DNA of 64,000 nt from Octopus vulgaris (GCA_951406725.2 OX597820.1:23560001-23624000); one strand, 5' to 3'; positions 1 through 13,119 are shown, counted from the first letter of the stretch. Made by a program: numbers and translations. The notes: generated from the letters alone by a model not told the origin.

Positions 1-13
1 TTGACTCTTTCAG

Positions 14-135
14 GTAAAGCCACTAGCAGTACTTCCTCTCTGAAAGTCACCTCTCCGTCTGGTGGAATCCGTATTGGTCTTTCTCGTAACCAAAAAGTAA
101 AATCCCTACATCCAACAGTGAAAGCACAGCATTGA
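14..135 (+). CDS. RAD51AP1: Terminal coding exon of a RAD51-associated protein 1-like gene (upstream exons outside window)
   Basis: Acceptor ttgactctttcag| at 1-13. Phase-1 translation (x)KATSSTSSLKVTSPSGGIRIGLSRNQKVKSLHPTVKAQH* (TGA 133-135). Resembles the recalled vertebrate RAD51AP1 C-terminal motif (LRLGLSRLARVKPLHP). Too short for the ORF track. Confidence 0.8.
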
Positions 136-425
136 TGGAATATGTACACACATACACATGTGTGTGTGAATATATACATACTTACATATGTACGTATGTA
201 CATATGTATGTGTTTGTGTGTACATACGTACTTCCACTATATTGCAGTTTAGTGAGAAGTTTTCTTTGTTGATTATTCAACAGAGCTGTTTATATTTTGT
301 AAATATACAGTAATATATTGTTATATAATGACGTGTTTTGTTCATTTTTTTTTTCTTCTTAAATGTTATAATTCCCCATCTTGCCTCCTTTAAGTATTGC
401 AGAATAGATATAACTCACATGCACA

Positions 426-431
426 AATAAA
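426..431 (+). promoter_or_regulatory. Probable polyadenylation signal of the RAD51AP1-like gene
   Basis: AATAAA ~290 nt after the stop, in an AU-rich 3'UTR, followed by GT-rich sequence. Confidence 0.45.
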
Positions 432-866
432 TGTCTACCCTAATTATTTATTAAGGTACTGAATCCTGTGCTCTTAAGTTCACAGCAGCCAAACCATTGC
501 GTTTGTGTGCGTGCGTGCGTGAGTGAGTGTGTGTTACTGTGTGTTTGTGTGTGTGTATGTGAGAGAAAAAAAAAACCTCATCTCCATCAAGGTACATAAC
601 TCTGCTTGTTCCAGTTTGCCTGGATGACGTGAAAAATGATACTGTTGAATGGCGGTAGGAAACATTTGCTTCAACGAAAGCCATCTCCTTCACTTCCCAC
701 TACCCACTCATATAAAAATGGCTGTAAAACATCAAAAACTTATTGATTGGCAAAATTGCTGGAACTTTGGACACAATGCCCTGTGATATATGCTGAGGCT
801 CTATGTTCTATGTTCAAATCTCATCAGAGTCAATTTTTACCTTTCATCCTTTCAGGGTCAATAAAA

Positions 867-1020
867 TACTGTATTTTAACGTGTATAGGTTTGGGGGCTT
901 AAAATTTGGACAAAAGGTTTTGTAAGGGATTATAATACTGTGCATATCTAAGAAACTCCCATATTTTTTTAACCTAATTTTTGACAGAAATGGGTTCCTT
1001 ATACACATTAAAATATGGTA
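867..1020. mobile_element. pogo/Tc-mariner-type MITE inserted in a family-B SINE
   Basis: Imperfect TIRs tactgtattttaacgtgtata / tatacacattaaaatatggta with TA ends; splits the SINE motif ...ggtcaataaaa / gataccag. Confidence 0.6.
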
Positions 1021-1197
1021 GATACCAGTCACATATTGGGGTTAATGGTATTGCCTAACCCACTCACCTAAAAATTGTTGGTCTTATAAGACTTCTATCA
1101 TCTCACTGACTTGATATGAAGTAATCAACCTTATTTTAGAAAATTACTATTTTTAAATCTCACAACGTGAGATATTCAGCAACAGTACTTTGTCGTA

Positions 1198-1423
1198 AAG
1201 ATTGTTTGCCAACATAACATGGCAGTCCTGGTTTAGGACTAATGTTACTGTAATTTAGCCCCAGGAGACATCGTCTCCAGCAAGCCATACAACATGATCT
1301 GTGTCCTTATATAAAGACACAGATCGTGTTGTATAACCTGCTGGAGACAATGTCTCCTGGGGCTAAATTACAGTAACATTAGTCCTAAACCAGGACTGCC
1401 ATGTTATGTTGGCAAACAATCTT
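1198..1423. repeat. Near-perfect ~225-bp palindrome (fold-back or palindromic MITE)
   Basis: aagattgtttgccaacataacatgg... mirrored by ...ccatgttatgttggcaaacaatctt, centre ~1310, few mismatches. Confidence 0.9.
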
Positions 1424-2109
1424 TTCTACAACCTTATTTTGTTTTTGTATTTGGTTTTGCAAGATTCTTGATGTGGAATCATGTCATCATCATCATTATT
1501 ATCATTTAACTGAAACAACATGAAATAAAGTATTTTGCTCAAGAACACAACACAGAACCCAGTCTGGGGATTGAACTCACTACCTCATGATTGTTAGCCT
1601 GATGCTCCAATCACTGAACCATTTACTTAGTTACTTTAGAGACCAAAGAAGTTTTGAATGAAAAAGAAGGTTTATTGGTCAGTTTAATGTTGTTGATGAG
1701 GTCAGTGGCCATAATACATAGCTTGTCAATAAAATTAGTCATATGTTTATACACATAAAACATATAGTCTAGCCTTCTGTTGTTTGAGATTACCCCACTG
1801 TTGTTTTCTAACCTCAATTCCTGTTTTGCATTGACATGTAGCAGATGTTCTGTAAAAAAAAAAAACATCTAAAATCTGTCAGTTGTTTGTAATTGTGTAT
1901 GGTCATCAGCTCATCAGAGCTAGTTCGCTTCTTTCCATGATGCCAAGGATAGAGTAGCTGTAGAGCTTCTTATTTAAATGCAAATGTGTGACTGTGTTCA
2001 ACATATTTACTTGATGGCACAAGGTTGATGACCTGACAATAATGATTACTGGAGTATCAATATTAGATTAGAAAAATAAAGTGAACTAGCAGAATTATTA
2101 GCACACCAA

Positions 2110-2712
2110 AGGTGGCGAGCTGGCAGAAATGTTAGCATGCCAGGCGAAATGCTTTGCGGTATATTGTCTGCCACTACGTTCTGAGTTCAAATTCCGCCGA
2201 GGTCGACTTTGCCTTTTACCTTTCTGGGTCAATAAATTAAGTACCAGTTACGCACTGGGGTCGATGTAATCGACTTAATCCCTTTGTCTGTCCTTGTTTG
2301 TCCCCTCTGTGTTTAGCCCCTTGTGGGTAGTAAAGAAATAGGTATTTCGTCTGCCATTACATTCTGAGTTCAAATTCCGTCAAGGTCAACTTTGCCTTTC
2401 ATCCTTTCGGTGTCAATAAATTAAGTACCAGTTACACACTGCAGTCAATGTAATCGACTTAATCCCTTCCTCTGTCCTTGTTTAGCCCCTTGTAAGCAAT
2501 AAAAAAAATAAGAAACGTTAGCACGCCAGGTGAAATGCTTAGTGGTATTTCGTCTGCTGCTATGTGCTGAGATCAATTTTGCCTTTCATCCTTTCGGGGT
2601 CAATAAATTAAATACCAGTTACACACTGGCGTCGATGTAATTGACTTAATCCCTTTGTCTGTTCTTGTTTGTCCCCTCTATGTTTAGCCCCTTGTGGCCA
2701 ATAAAGAAATAA
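2110..2712 (+). mobile_element. Family-B tRNA-derived SINE, multimer of ~180-bp units
   Basis: Head ggtggcgagctggcagaa, B-box-like gagttcaaattcc, core gcctttcatcctttcggggtcgataaattaagtaccag in 3 units; flanked by agaat(t/c)attagcacacca direct repeats. Confidence 0.8.
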
Positions 2713-3745
2713 GAATCATTAGCACACCAGAAAAATGCTTAGCAGTATGTGTTTCAGCTGTAACATTCTGAGTTCAAATTCTGCTGAAGCTGACTTTGCT
2801 GCTTATCCTTTTGGGATTGAAAAAATAAATACCAGTTAAGCACTGGGGGCTATGTCATTGATTAGCTTCTTCCCCACAAATTTCAAGCCTTGTGCCTGTA
2901 GCAGAAAAAAATATTAGAAATAAATTAACATGTTGAGTTACATCCAGCTGTATTTAGTTTCACTTTGAAATTAGGTCCCTGAAGAGCTTCCTTTTGAAAC
3001 TACTAACTCCCCTGTATTTACAGCTCACCAGAGCTTGTTTATCTCTCTGTCTTCAACCTTTTTGATACTGGCCCTCTGGATTCAGTGATGCAAATTCCCT
3101 GCTGCAAAGTGATCTGAATTAAAACTTCCCATCAAAATTTCATGTTAATTTATATTCCAAACATCAACTTAATAATAATGACAAAGTTATTTTTATGAAT
3201 TCTTTATTATTTTCAAAATTTACTGAAACAAAGGTAATGTGTTTCCACAGAAATACAGTAACAAAAGCATCGTCATCATCGTTTAACGTCCGATTTCCAT
3301 GCTAGCTGGGGCTATAGTAGAAGACACTTGCCCACGGTGCGACGTAGTGGGACTGAACCCGGAACCATGTGGTTGGTAAGCAAGCTACTTACCACTCATA
3401 ATAATTATAATAAAAAGCATGGAGACATTTGAGATAATCAATTATAAGGTAAAGTGTTGAGTTTTTAAGTAAGTAAGCTGTTGAGAGAAGGGATTCCAAA
3501 ATTTCAGGTAAATTAGTTCTTTTGGGTGAGAGAAAGTTTTTCTGTCTTTGGTCAATGAAAGCAAAGACAGTAGAGAATGATTAGTTGTCGTACATATGCT
3601 GAAAGGAAAGAGAGAATTTGGGAATTTGGGATAGGAAGCTTAGAAATGGACAGTGAATAAGAACTGGAACAAAGTAGTTAGAATTATAAAACAATGATGG
3701 AGAAAGTATATTGGTCAGTTTAAGGTAGGGATGATTGTTTTGTTA

Positions 3746-4115
3746 GGAGTGGTTGTGTGGTAAATAGCTTTCTTACAAACCACATGGTTCTGGGCTCAGT
3801 CCCACTGCGTGGCACCTTGGGCAAGTGTCTTCTACTATAGCCTCAGGCTGACCAAAGCCTTGTGAGTGGATTTGGTAGATGGAAACTGAAAGAAGCCCGT
3901 TGTATATATGTTTGTGTGTGTCTGTGTTTGTCCCCCAGCATTGCTTGACAACTGATGCTAGTGTGCTTACGTCCCTGTAACATAGCAGTTCGGCAAAAGA
4001 GAACCGATAGAATAAGTACTAGGCTGACAAAGAATAAGTCCTGGGGTCAATTTGCTCGACTAAAAGCGGTGCTCCAGCATGGCCACAGTCAAATGACTGA
4101 AACAAGTAAAAGAGT
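3746..4115 (+). mobile_element. Family-A tRNA-derived SINE, full length
   Basis: ggagtggctgtgtggtaag-type head, ccttgggcaagtgtc core, internal TA/TG microsatellite, tail gaaacaagtaaaagag; many copies in window. Confidence 0.85.
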
Positions 4116-4485
4116 ATTCAGGTCAATGACCACAACAGACAGCTTGTCAATAACATTAGTCACATGTTTGTATGCAAACACACACACACACACATCTTCA
4201 TTTTCTACTTGTTTCAGTCATTAGTCTGCAGCCATACTGAAGCACTGCTTTGAAAAATTCTAGTTCAACTTATCAACCCCAGTACTAATTATTTTTTGTA
4301 AAGCCTGGTACTTATTCTATCTTTCTGCTGTAAAGCCTGAGGCTATAGTAGAAGACACTTGCTTGAGGTGCCATGCAGTGGGACTGAACCTAGAACCATA
4401 TGGTTGGAAAGCAAACTTGTCATACATCCATGTTTGTATGTGTGTGCAAGAGAGAAAGAGAATTGGTTTCTCTTTGTCTTGATGT

Positions 4486-4872
4486 AGGAGTGGCTGTGTG
4501 GTAAGTAGCTTGCTTACGAACCACATGGATCCAGGTTCAGTCCCACTGCGTGACACCATGGGCAAGTGACTTCTACTATAGCTTCAGGCTGACCAAAGCC
4601 TTGTGAGTGGATTTGGTAGATGGAAACTGAAAGAAGCCCATCGTATATATGTATATATATATGTATGTGTTGGTGTGTCTGTATTTGTCCCCCCAACATC
4701 GCTTGACAACTGATGCTGGTGTGTTTATGTCCCCGTAATTTAGCGATTCAGCAAACGAGTCCGATAGAATAAGTACTAGGCTGACAAAGAATAAGTCCTG
4801 AGGTTGATTTGCTCGACTAAAGGCGGTGCTCCAGCATGACCACAGTCAAATGACTGAAACAAGTAAAAGAGT
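4486..4872 (+). mobile_element. Family-A SINE, full length
   Basis: Collinear with the copy at 3746-4115. Confidence 0.85.
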
Positions 4873-5336
4873 AAGTGTCACTGTTGTACAGCAATGTCCT
4901 TCATTCTCAGTCCTCCATGAAAATATGCCTGACCATCGGGAAATACAACTTTACTTGAAAGCAACAGAAAAGGCATCCAGTTCACGAAATTCTGCCTCAA
5001 CAAATTCCAAGACAAAGACACACAAACAGATATACACATCTCTCCATAGCAGAAGTGCTAATGCCACTGTACCCAGAAAGACCTGTCCTCCTCAGCAGAA
5101 GTTATAATGTTGCTCTCCCTACTGAAGAGGATTGACTTGCAAGGACCCTGTGCCAGTGCCATGTAAGAGCACTTGTGCCAGTGCCACATGGATGGCACTC
5201 AGCATATTCTGTAAAGTGGTTGGTGTTAGGAAGAGTATCCAGCTGTAGAAACCAATCTAAATCAGACTGGAACTCTGGTGAAACCATCTAATCCATGCCA
5301 GCATGGAAAATGGATGTTAGGTAATGATTTTTATGA

Positions 5337-5386
<50 letters not shown>

Positions 5387-6404
5387 CTCTTTTACTTGTT
5401 TCAGTCATTTGACTTTAGTCAAACAAATCGACTCCAGGACTTAGTCTTTGTAAGCCTAGTACTTATTCTATCGGTCTCTTTTACCGAACCGCTAAGTTAC
5501 GGGGACATAAACACAGAAGCATCAGTTGTCAAGTGATGTTGGGGGAAAACACAGACATACAAACATATACACACACATACATACATATATACAACGGGCT
5601 TCTTTCAGTTCCCATCTACCAAATCCACCTACATGGCTTTGGTTGGCCCAAGGCTATAATAGAAGACACTTGTACAAGGCTTGCAAAGAATAAGTCCTGG
5701 GGGTGATTTGCTCGACTAAAGGCAGTGCTCCAGCATGGCCGCAGTCAAATGAGTGAAACAAGTAAAAGAGAGTACCAGTGGCCTAACATGTATAAAAAGT
5801 CAATAGAAAACATATTCTCAGTATAAAATAGTGTACATTTAAACACACACACGCACATATATTACCATCATCATCATCATCATTTAATGTCCGTTTTCCA
5901 TGCTAGCAATGGTTAGACAGTTTGACTAGAACTGATAAGCCCAAGAGCAGCACCAAGTTCCAGTTTGGTCTGGCATGGTTTCTATGGCTGGATGCCCTTC
6001 TAAATGCCAAGCACTCTGGGAGTATAATGGATGCTTCTTGCATGCCACCGGCATCGGTGCCCTTTACTCGACACCAGTAACAGCCACAACTATGATTTCA
6101 TGGGTACCATTTACGTAACATTAGCACCAGTCATGCCTACGGTTTTCAGTGCTATTTACATGATATCGGTAATGCCCATGACTACTATTTCACAGGTCCC
6201 ATTTACACAAAATACACACACAAAACAAGCTTGTTTCAGTTTATATCTCATGAGGCTTTGGTCAAACTAGGGCTCTATTAGAAGACAATTACTCAAGATA
6301 CCACATAGTGGGACTGAACTCAAGACCATGTGTTTGGGAAGCACACTTCTTAACAAGACAGCCATACCTGCATTTTTATATATCAAAATCTAACTTACAT
6401 GTGG

Positions 6405-6615
6405 GTTGCTGGTGATTTTTTTCCCTCTGTCTTGCTATTCTCTTGGACTTTCCCCTCTCCTCTGTTTCTGAAGAAGAGCTTTGCTCGAAACATAAAACAC
6501 CCTTTCTTTCTTTCCCTGAGCATCTTTTAAAACTTTGCATGTACCACGTCCTCGCATTGTTGTTTTTTTTTGTTGTGTTTTTATCTTCGTTTTTTTTTGG
6601 GGGGGGGGATTAGCT
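6405..6615 (+). mobile_element. Penelope-like terminal-repeat remnant with degenerate hammerhead motif
   Basis: Homologous to 27745-27955 (opposite strand); contains gttt-CTGAAGA-agagctttgctc-GAAAcata-aaac at 6464-6498. Confidence 0.55.
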
Positions 6616-6624
6616 ATACACACA

Positions 6625-7124
6625 TAAGACTTGTTGAGGCAAGTGAAATCGAAATCAAATTCGATGACTGGCATCCGTGCTAGTGGAGTGCTAAGATTAC
6701 CATATGAGTGAGATCATGGCCAGAGCAACAAGCTGGCCTCCGTGCCGATGGCACGTTAAAAACACCATTCGAGCATGAACGTTACCTGCATCGCCTTACT
6801 AGCACTTGTGCTGGTGGCATGTGGAAAAACATTCAAGCGAGGTCGTTGCCAGTGCCGCTGGACTGGCTCCTGTGCAGGTGGCACATAAAAAGCACCATTT
6901 CGAGCGTGGCTGTTGCCAGCACCGCCTGACTGGCCCTCGTGCCGGTGGCATGTAAAAGAACCCACTACACTCTCAGAGTGGTTGGCATTAGGAAGGGCAT
7001 CCAGCTGTAGAAACTCTGCCAGATCAGATTGGAGTCTGGTGCAGCCATCTGGTTTGCCAGACCTCGGTTAAATCGTCCAACCCATGCTAGCATGGAAAGC
7101 GGCCGTTAAACGATGATGATGATG

Positions 7125-7128
<4 letters not shown>
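6625..7128 (+). mobile_element. Family-D non-autonomous retroelement with (GAT)n tail
   Basis: Internal repeats of gtggcacgtaaaagcacc, 3' ggaagggcatccagctgtagaaa...gttaaacgatgatgat. Other copies at about 26837-27160(-), 27220-27360(+), 33660-33895(+), 54881-55150(-). Confidence 0.75.
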
Positions 7129-7175
<47 letters not shown>

Positions 7176-7796
7176 CTATGTATGTATGTATTCATTATCG
7201 CATAAAGTAGTGTTTAACAATATAATAAAGTTCAGGTGTAACACTTATGGTTAATTTAAAGATAACATTGTCTAGGAACATGAAAGAGAGAAAAAGTTTT
7301 TGTCTTTATTTTTGTATAATCTGAAACATCTAACGAAATAGTATGTAAAGATTTAGACTTTACAAATTGTCTTACAAATATTGAATTCAGATGTTGATTG
7401 AAGTATGGTGCTTTGTCAACAGCTGTCGACTCAATGTAAAGAGAATGTAGTGCCTGAAGTGTAACTATGGTAACAAGTGCCTTCAGCCAACAAGCTTTCA
7501 TTGATTTGAGATTAGTATCGTAATATTAAAACTTGCAGTAGTTTTGTTTGGATTTTTATTAAATTCTATTTTCTCTCTCCTTTTAAACAGGCTTAATATC
7601 TCTTGATTTTTCAGTCAAAACAATAACAAGAAAAGGATAGAGTGAAAAAAAGCTGTATTCTGTTTTGGCAGGTAATAAATATTAAAATAAAAAAAAAACA
7701 GTCATCAACTTCATAGACTGATGATAACCACTTAAGATCCCCCATCATTCATTCATACATACATACATACTTATCCAAAATGAGGATATATATATA

Positions 7797-8217
7797 CTCT
7801 TACTCTTTTAGTTGTTTCCGTCATTTGACTGTAGCCATGCTGGAGCACCGCCTTTAGTCGAGCAAATCAACCCCAGGACTTATTCTTTGGAAGCCTAGTA
7901 CTTATTCTATCGGTCTCTTTTGCAGAACTGCTACGTTACTAGGACATAAACACACCAGCATCAGTTGTCAAGTGATGTTGGGGGGACAAACACAGACACA
8001 AACATATACACACACACGCACACACACATACACACACACACACATATATATACATATATACGACGGGCTTCTTTCAGTTTCCATCTACCAAATCCACTCA
8101 CAAGGCTTTGGTCGGCCCGAGGCTATAGTAGAAGACTTGCCCAAGGTGCCATGCAGTGGGACTGAACCCAGGACCATGTGATTTGTGAGCAAGCTGCTTA
8201 CCACACAGCCACTCCTA
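7797..8217 (-). mobile_element. Family-A SINE, full length
   Basis: Reverse complement of the family-A copies. Confidence 0.85.
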
Positions 8218-8221
8218 TGCC

Positions 8222-8258
<37 letters not shown>

Positions 8259-9590
8259 GTGTGAGTGTGTAAATATATATCTGTATATAGGAAGAGATAA
8301 TTATTTTCGTTGATAAATCATGTTTGTAACTGACATGTCTAATTGTGTTAATTCCAAGAGGATTTTGATGGTGGTCACAAGTTAACTGTCTTTGTGCTAT
8401 AAACAGGTTGAGACTAGAGACAAATAATGATGGGATTATAGAAAATATTTGGTATGAAACCTTGTCGTACTGCTTGAAGATACTGGATAAAATCAAAAAT
8501 AGAAACTACCTGCTGTACTCGAGTCTCCCTGATCAATTTGCATATTGATCTCTCTCTTTTTAATTGATTAATTATCTGACTCTGTCTCTGACTTCTATAT
8601 TGTAGTAATTACCATTTGAAAGAAACACCTACTTCTATCCAGTCCCTTATTATTTGTCATCATCCTGTAAAGGGCCACCTGACTGGTTGGTATAATGTCA
8701 CTCACAGACATGCTTCAGCTTCTGGTCCACAAGTATTTTGTGGAAGCACATGGCTTAGTGGTTAGGGTGTTGGACTCATGATTATAAGATTGTGGTTTCA
8801 ATTCCTGGACCGGGCGATGCATTGCGTTCTTGAGCAAAACACTTCATTTTACATTACTCTAGTCCACACAGCTGGCAAAATGTGTAATTGTGTGATGTAC
8901 CAGAGTCTCGTCCAATGGGGAAGTATATGGGCCATAGAAACTTGGAAACCAGCCCAATTATATTGGTAAGGATCTTTATCCTTATCATTTGTCAGCATAC
9001 TGAAAGGACCACCTAACTGATTGGTATAAAGTCAAGTCGTTCATTGGTATATAAAGTCATTCAGCTTCTAACCCACAAGTATTTTGTCTCCTCTCCCTTC
9101 CTTTTCTACCACTAATATAATGGCCTCTGCTCTGTGGAGCTGGCAGGGCTTGTGCCATTTTTAATCAGGTATTTCAGGCTCACTCATTTCTTCTTATGTT
9201 GTGTTCAATACCTCAGGTCCAAACTAACTTGTATGCCCAGTTCTTTCTTTACAGAACATCATGTCTTTCCTTCAAATGTTGACTTGCAATAGTTCAAGAC
9301 GAACATTAAGAGCACCATTCCCCTTCCCACCAGTCCTGAAGTAACATCAAGAGCTATAGACACTGTCTCATCTGTCAAGCTAAATGAAAAAGGAACTATC
9401 TCAAAGTGTCATCTATCACTAATTAACCCCAATCTTCAGGGACAGATTCTTCATTAGAGTCTTCAATAATCAAGAGCAGGTTGTGTACAAAGATCTGTAC
9501 ACACATAAATATACACTGGATCATATTCTGCACTATGGCCAAATGCATGGTCCTTACTGTACATTCTGCATGCCAGAAGGTACAGTATAG

Positions 9591-9993
9591 AAGGCGGCGA
9601 GCTGGCAGAATCATTAGCATGCTGGGCGAAATGCTTAGCGGTATTTCGTCTGCAGTTATGTTCTGAGTTCAAATTCCGCCAAGGTCAACTTTGCCTTTCA
9701 TCCTTTCGGGGTCGATAAATTAAGTACCAGTTACACGCTGGGGTTGATATAATCGGCTTAATCTGTTTGTCTGTCCTTGTTTGTCCTTTCTGTGTTTAGC
9801 CTCCTGTGGGTAGTAAAGAAATAGGTATTTCATCTGCCATTACGTTCTGGGGTCAACTTTGCCTTTCATCCTTTCGGGGTTGATAAATTAAATATGAGTT
9901 ACGCACTGGGGTCAATGTAATCGACTTAATCTCTTTGTCTGTCCTTGTTTGTCCCCTCTATGTTTAGCCTCTTGTGGGCAATAAAGAAATAAG
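9591..9993 (+). mobile_element. Family-B SINE dimer with ~16-bp target-site duplication
   Basis: Two units; flanked by gaaggtacagtataga / gaatgtacagtataga. Confidence 0.85.
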
Positions 9994-10809
9994 AATGTAC
10001 AGTATAGATTAGGCATGAGCAACTTTTTCCAAGAAACAGGCCATATGAGACTTGGCACCTCATCAAGTGAGACACATGACCAAAAACTTTCAGGGTTATT
10101 TTTCATAGGCATACCATTCAGAAAGTCTGGCAGGCTACAGTTTGTCCATGACTAGTACAGATCACAAACCAATTTTAAACAGAGGCACATCATTTTTGGT
10201 GCTTGAAAATACTACTCATTTCATAGTCATGCGACTATGGTCATACTGGGGCACCATTTTGAAGAGTTTAATTAATCAAATCAACTCCAGTACTCAGTAT
10301 TTAAATCTGGTACATATTCTATTGGTCTCTTTTACCAAACTGCTAAGTCACACAGGGATGTAAACAAACTAACAATGGTTGTCAGATGCTCTGGAACAAA
10401 CACAAAGACGCACATACATTGTCTACATCACTTAATATCTGTCTTCCATATTGGCATGGGTTGGATAGGTTGACAGGAGCTAGAGGATTGTACCAATTTA
10501 CATACACACACACACAATCGGCTTCCGCACAGTTTCAAGCTATCAAATTCACTTACAATACATTTGTTGGTCTGGGGCTATAGTAGAAGACACTTTCCCA
10601 GAGTCTCTTACAATGGGACTGAATCTGAAACCACACAGCTGCAAAGCCAACCTTCCAACTACACAGCCATCTTGTGCTAATGAAAATTCCAGTTATTTTC
10701 TTTGGTTTCTGTTTAAGTGGTTAAAACATGTGCTGTGATATAACCACCATTTTTGGCTGTAAAACTTAGAAATAAGTGTGACAAAATGTCAATATGGTGA
10801 TCATGGAGA

Positions 10810-11385
10810 TAGAAATGTTAGCACGCCGGGCGAAATGCTTAGCAGTATTTCGTCTGCCGCTACGTTCTGAGTTCAAATTCCGCCGAGGTCGACTTTGCCT
10901 TTCATCCTTTCGGAGTCGATTAAATAGATACCAGTTACGCACTGGGGTTGATATAATCGACTTAATCCGTTTGTCTGTCCTCTCTGTATTTAGCCCCTTG
11001 TGGGTAGTAAAGAAATAGATATTTCGTCTGCTGCTACGTTCTGAGTTCAAATTCCACCGAGGTCGACTTTGCCTTTCATCCTTTCAAGGTCGATTAAATA
11101 AGTACCAGTTACACACTGGGGTCGATGTAATCAACTTAATCCGTTTGTCCCTGTTTGTCCTCTCTGTGTTTAGCCCCTTGTGGGTAGTAAAGAAATAGAT
11201 ATTTCATCTGCTGCTACGTTTTGAGTTCAAATTCCGCCGAGGTCGACTTTGCCTTTCATCCTTTCGGGGTCAATAAATTAAGTACCAGTTACACACTGAA
11301 GTCGATATAATCAACTTAATTCCTTTGTCTGTCCTTGTTTGTCCCCCGCTATGTTTAGCCCCTGGTGGACAATAAATAAATAAGA
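10810..11385 (+). mobile_element. Family-B SINE trimer
   Basis: Three highly similar ~180-bp head-to-tail units. Confidence 0.85.
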
Positions 11386-11889
11386 AAATATAATGTAAAC
11401 AAATTGAAACATTTCAATAAAACGTTAAAAAAAAACCTTCCAAAAACGTGAAGAATTTTTCAGACAGATAGAGAAGATTAAAAAAGATCCAGTCAAAACA
11501 AGCTAGTTTTTTTTAATGAAAATGTATTGTTGTTGGATTAATAATTATTCACTTTATAATTTTTTGGTATGTCACTAAGCTTTCCAATTGAAATTATTGT
11601 AAAGATTGCTATTGTTTAGGATTAAAATACCAAACAAATGATTTAAAAGTTGACACTTGAAACTCTGATTAGACTGAGAACCATTTAAATCCTGGCATTG
11701 TTTCTGCTTTAAAAATGACACTGCACTGAGTTTGAAAATTTAATATTGATTTCTGACCTCAGTACAAGGTTATGCATTTCTAAAGAATAATGACTGAGTG
11801 AATTTCAATTAGTGCTTGGTAGTAGTACTTAGTAATAAGAAGCAAAGTTAACCTTGGAGAGATTTGGACATACCATGTGTATGTGTGAG

Positions 11890-11892
11890 TGG

Positions 11893-11977
<85 letters not shown>
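11890..11977. repeat. (TG)n(AG)n microsatellite
   Basis: Read directly from sequence. Confidence 0.95.
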
Positions 11978-11981
<4 letters not shown>

Positions 11982-12808
11982 AGTGAAGCTTGTTTAGATT
12001 TGCCTGACATGATCACACCATCCATCACAAGACAAATCATTTAGGAAGTCAAGAGGATAACATCCTGTATTCATATAAAACCGGTCACTGAAGGATTTTG
12101 CTGTATTGGTTGACCCCTGTGTATCCATGTCAGAATGTCCATTGTAGTGGTAGTGGTGGTGGTGTAATTAATGACGTCTTAGTTTGCTCTCCAGCAATGT
12201 CCTGCAAAATATATTAATCTGTCTCTCTCTCTCTCTGAACACATTAGTGATTAGAAATACAATGTCATATATAGTCTTTGTTTGATTAAATGCTTTTGTC
12301 TGGGAGAATTTGATCTGATTAATAAATTAGCCAAATCTCCTTCAAATTTTACTCCAATGAATACACTTGACAAAGTAGCTCTGGATATATAAAGACACAC
12401 TGAGAGAGAGAGAGGGAGAGAGAGAGAGAGACTATAGGTTGAATGATATAAAATCAGCCCACAAATGCATGTAGTGAAAGGGGGGGGGGGAGATGTCAGA
12501 AAGCAGTAACTGTAAGTAAAAGAAAATCTACTAAAAGGGTCTTTTCCAAAATATACAAATACAATTAAAACACTAATTTTGTACAGTATATAGTGTGGTA
12601 CACAGTATGGTGCAATGTAGTAGTTTAGTGTGTTTTCTAATACAGACATGACTGTGTGGTTAAAGAGCTTGCTTTGAAACCACATGGTTTGGAGTTCAGT
12701 CCCACTGTATGGTACCTTGGGCGAGTGCCTTCTATATTAGCCCCAGTAAGTGAATTTGGTAGATAGAAACTATGCGGAAGCCCATCATATCTATTATATA
12801 CATTTATA

Positions 12809-12914
12809 TATTGGGTTGGTGCATTATTAATGACTGTTTTATTTTATTTTGGGGTTTTGTTTTTGAATAAATTTAGTATAATAAAATGGATGTTAATTAT
12901 GCACTCACCCAATA
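12809..12914. mobile_element. Tiny mariner-type MITE
   Basis: TIRs tattgggttggtgcattattaa / ttaattatgcactcacccaata with TA ends; same TIR as 18868-19498. Confidence 0.7.
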
Positions 12915-13119
12915 TTCTTTTATTTGTTTCAGTCATTTGACTGCGGCCATGCTGGAGCACTGCCTTTAGTCGAGCAAATCGACCCCAGGGCCTTATTCTT
13001 TGGAAGCCTAGTGCTCATTCTATCAGTCTCACTTGCCAAACCACTAAGTGACGAGGACATAAATACACCAGCGATGTTGGGGGGGGAGGAGACAAATACA
13101 GACACACAAACATATACAT

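Noticed and set aside
2975-3005. CTGAAGA...GAAAC hammerhead-like motif
   Set aside because: No convincing stem II or stem I pairing.
7256-7501. 81-aa ORF with a signal-peptide-like start
   Set aside because: No recognisable family or splice support; cannot be distinguished from chance or a TE fragment.
10810-11385. CRISPR-like or retrozyme-like tandem array
   Set aside because: No unique spacers, and no CUGANGA/GAAA core seen on either strand; the units are SINE-derived.
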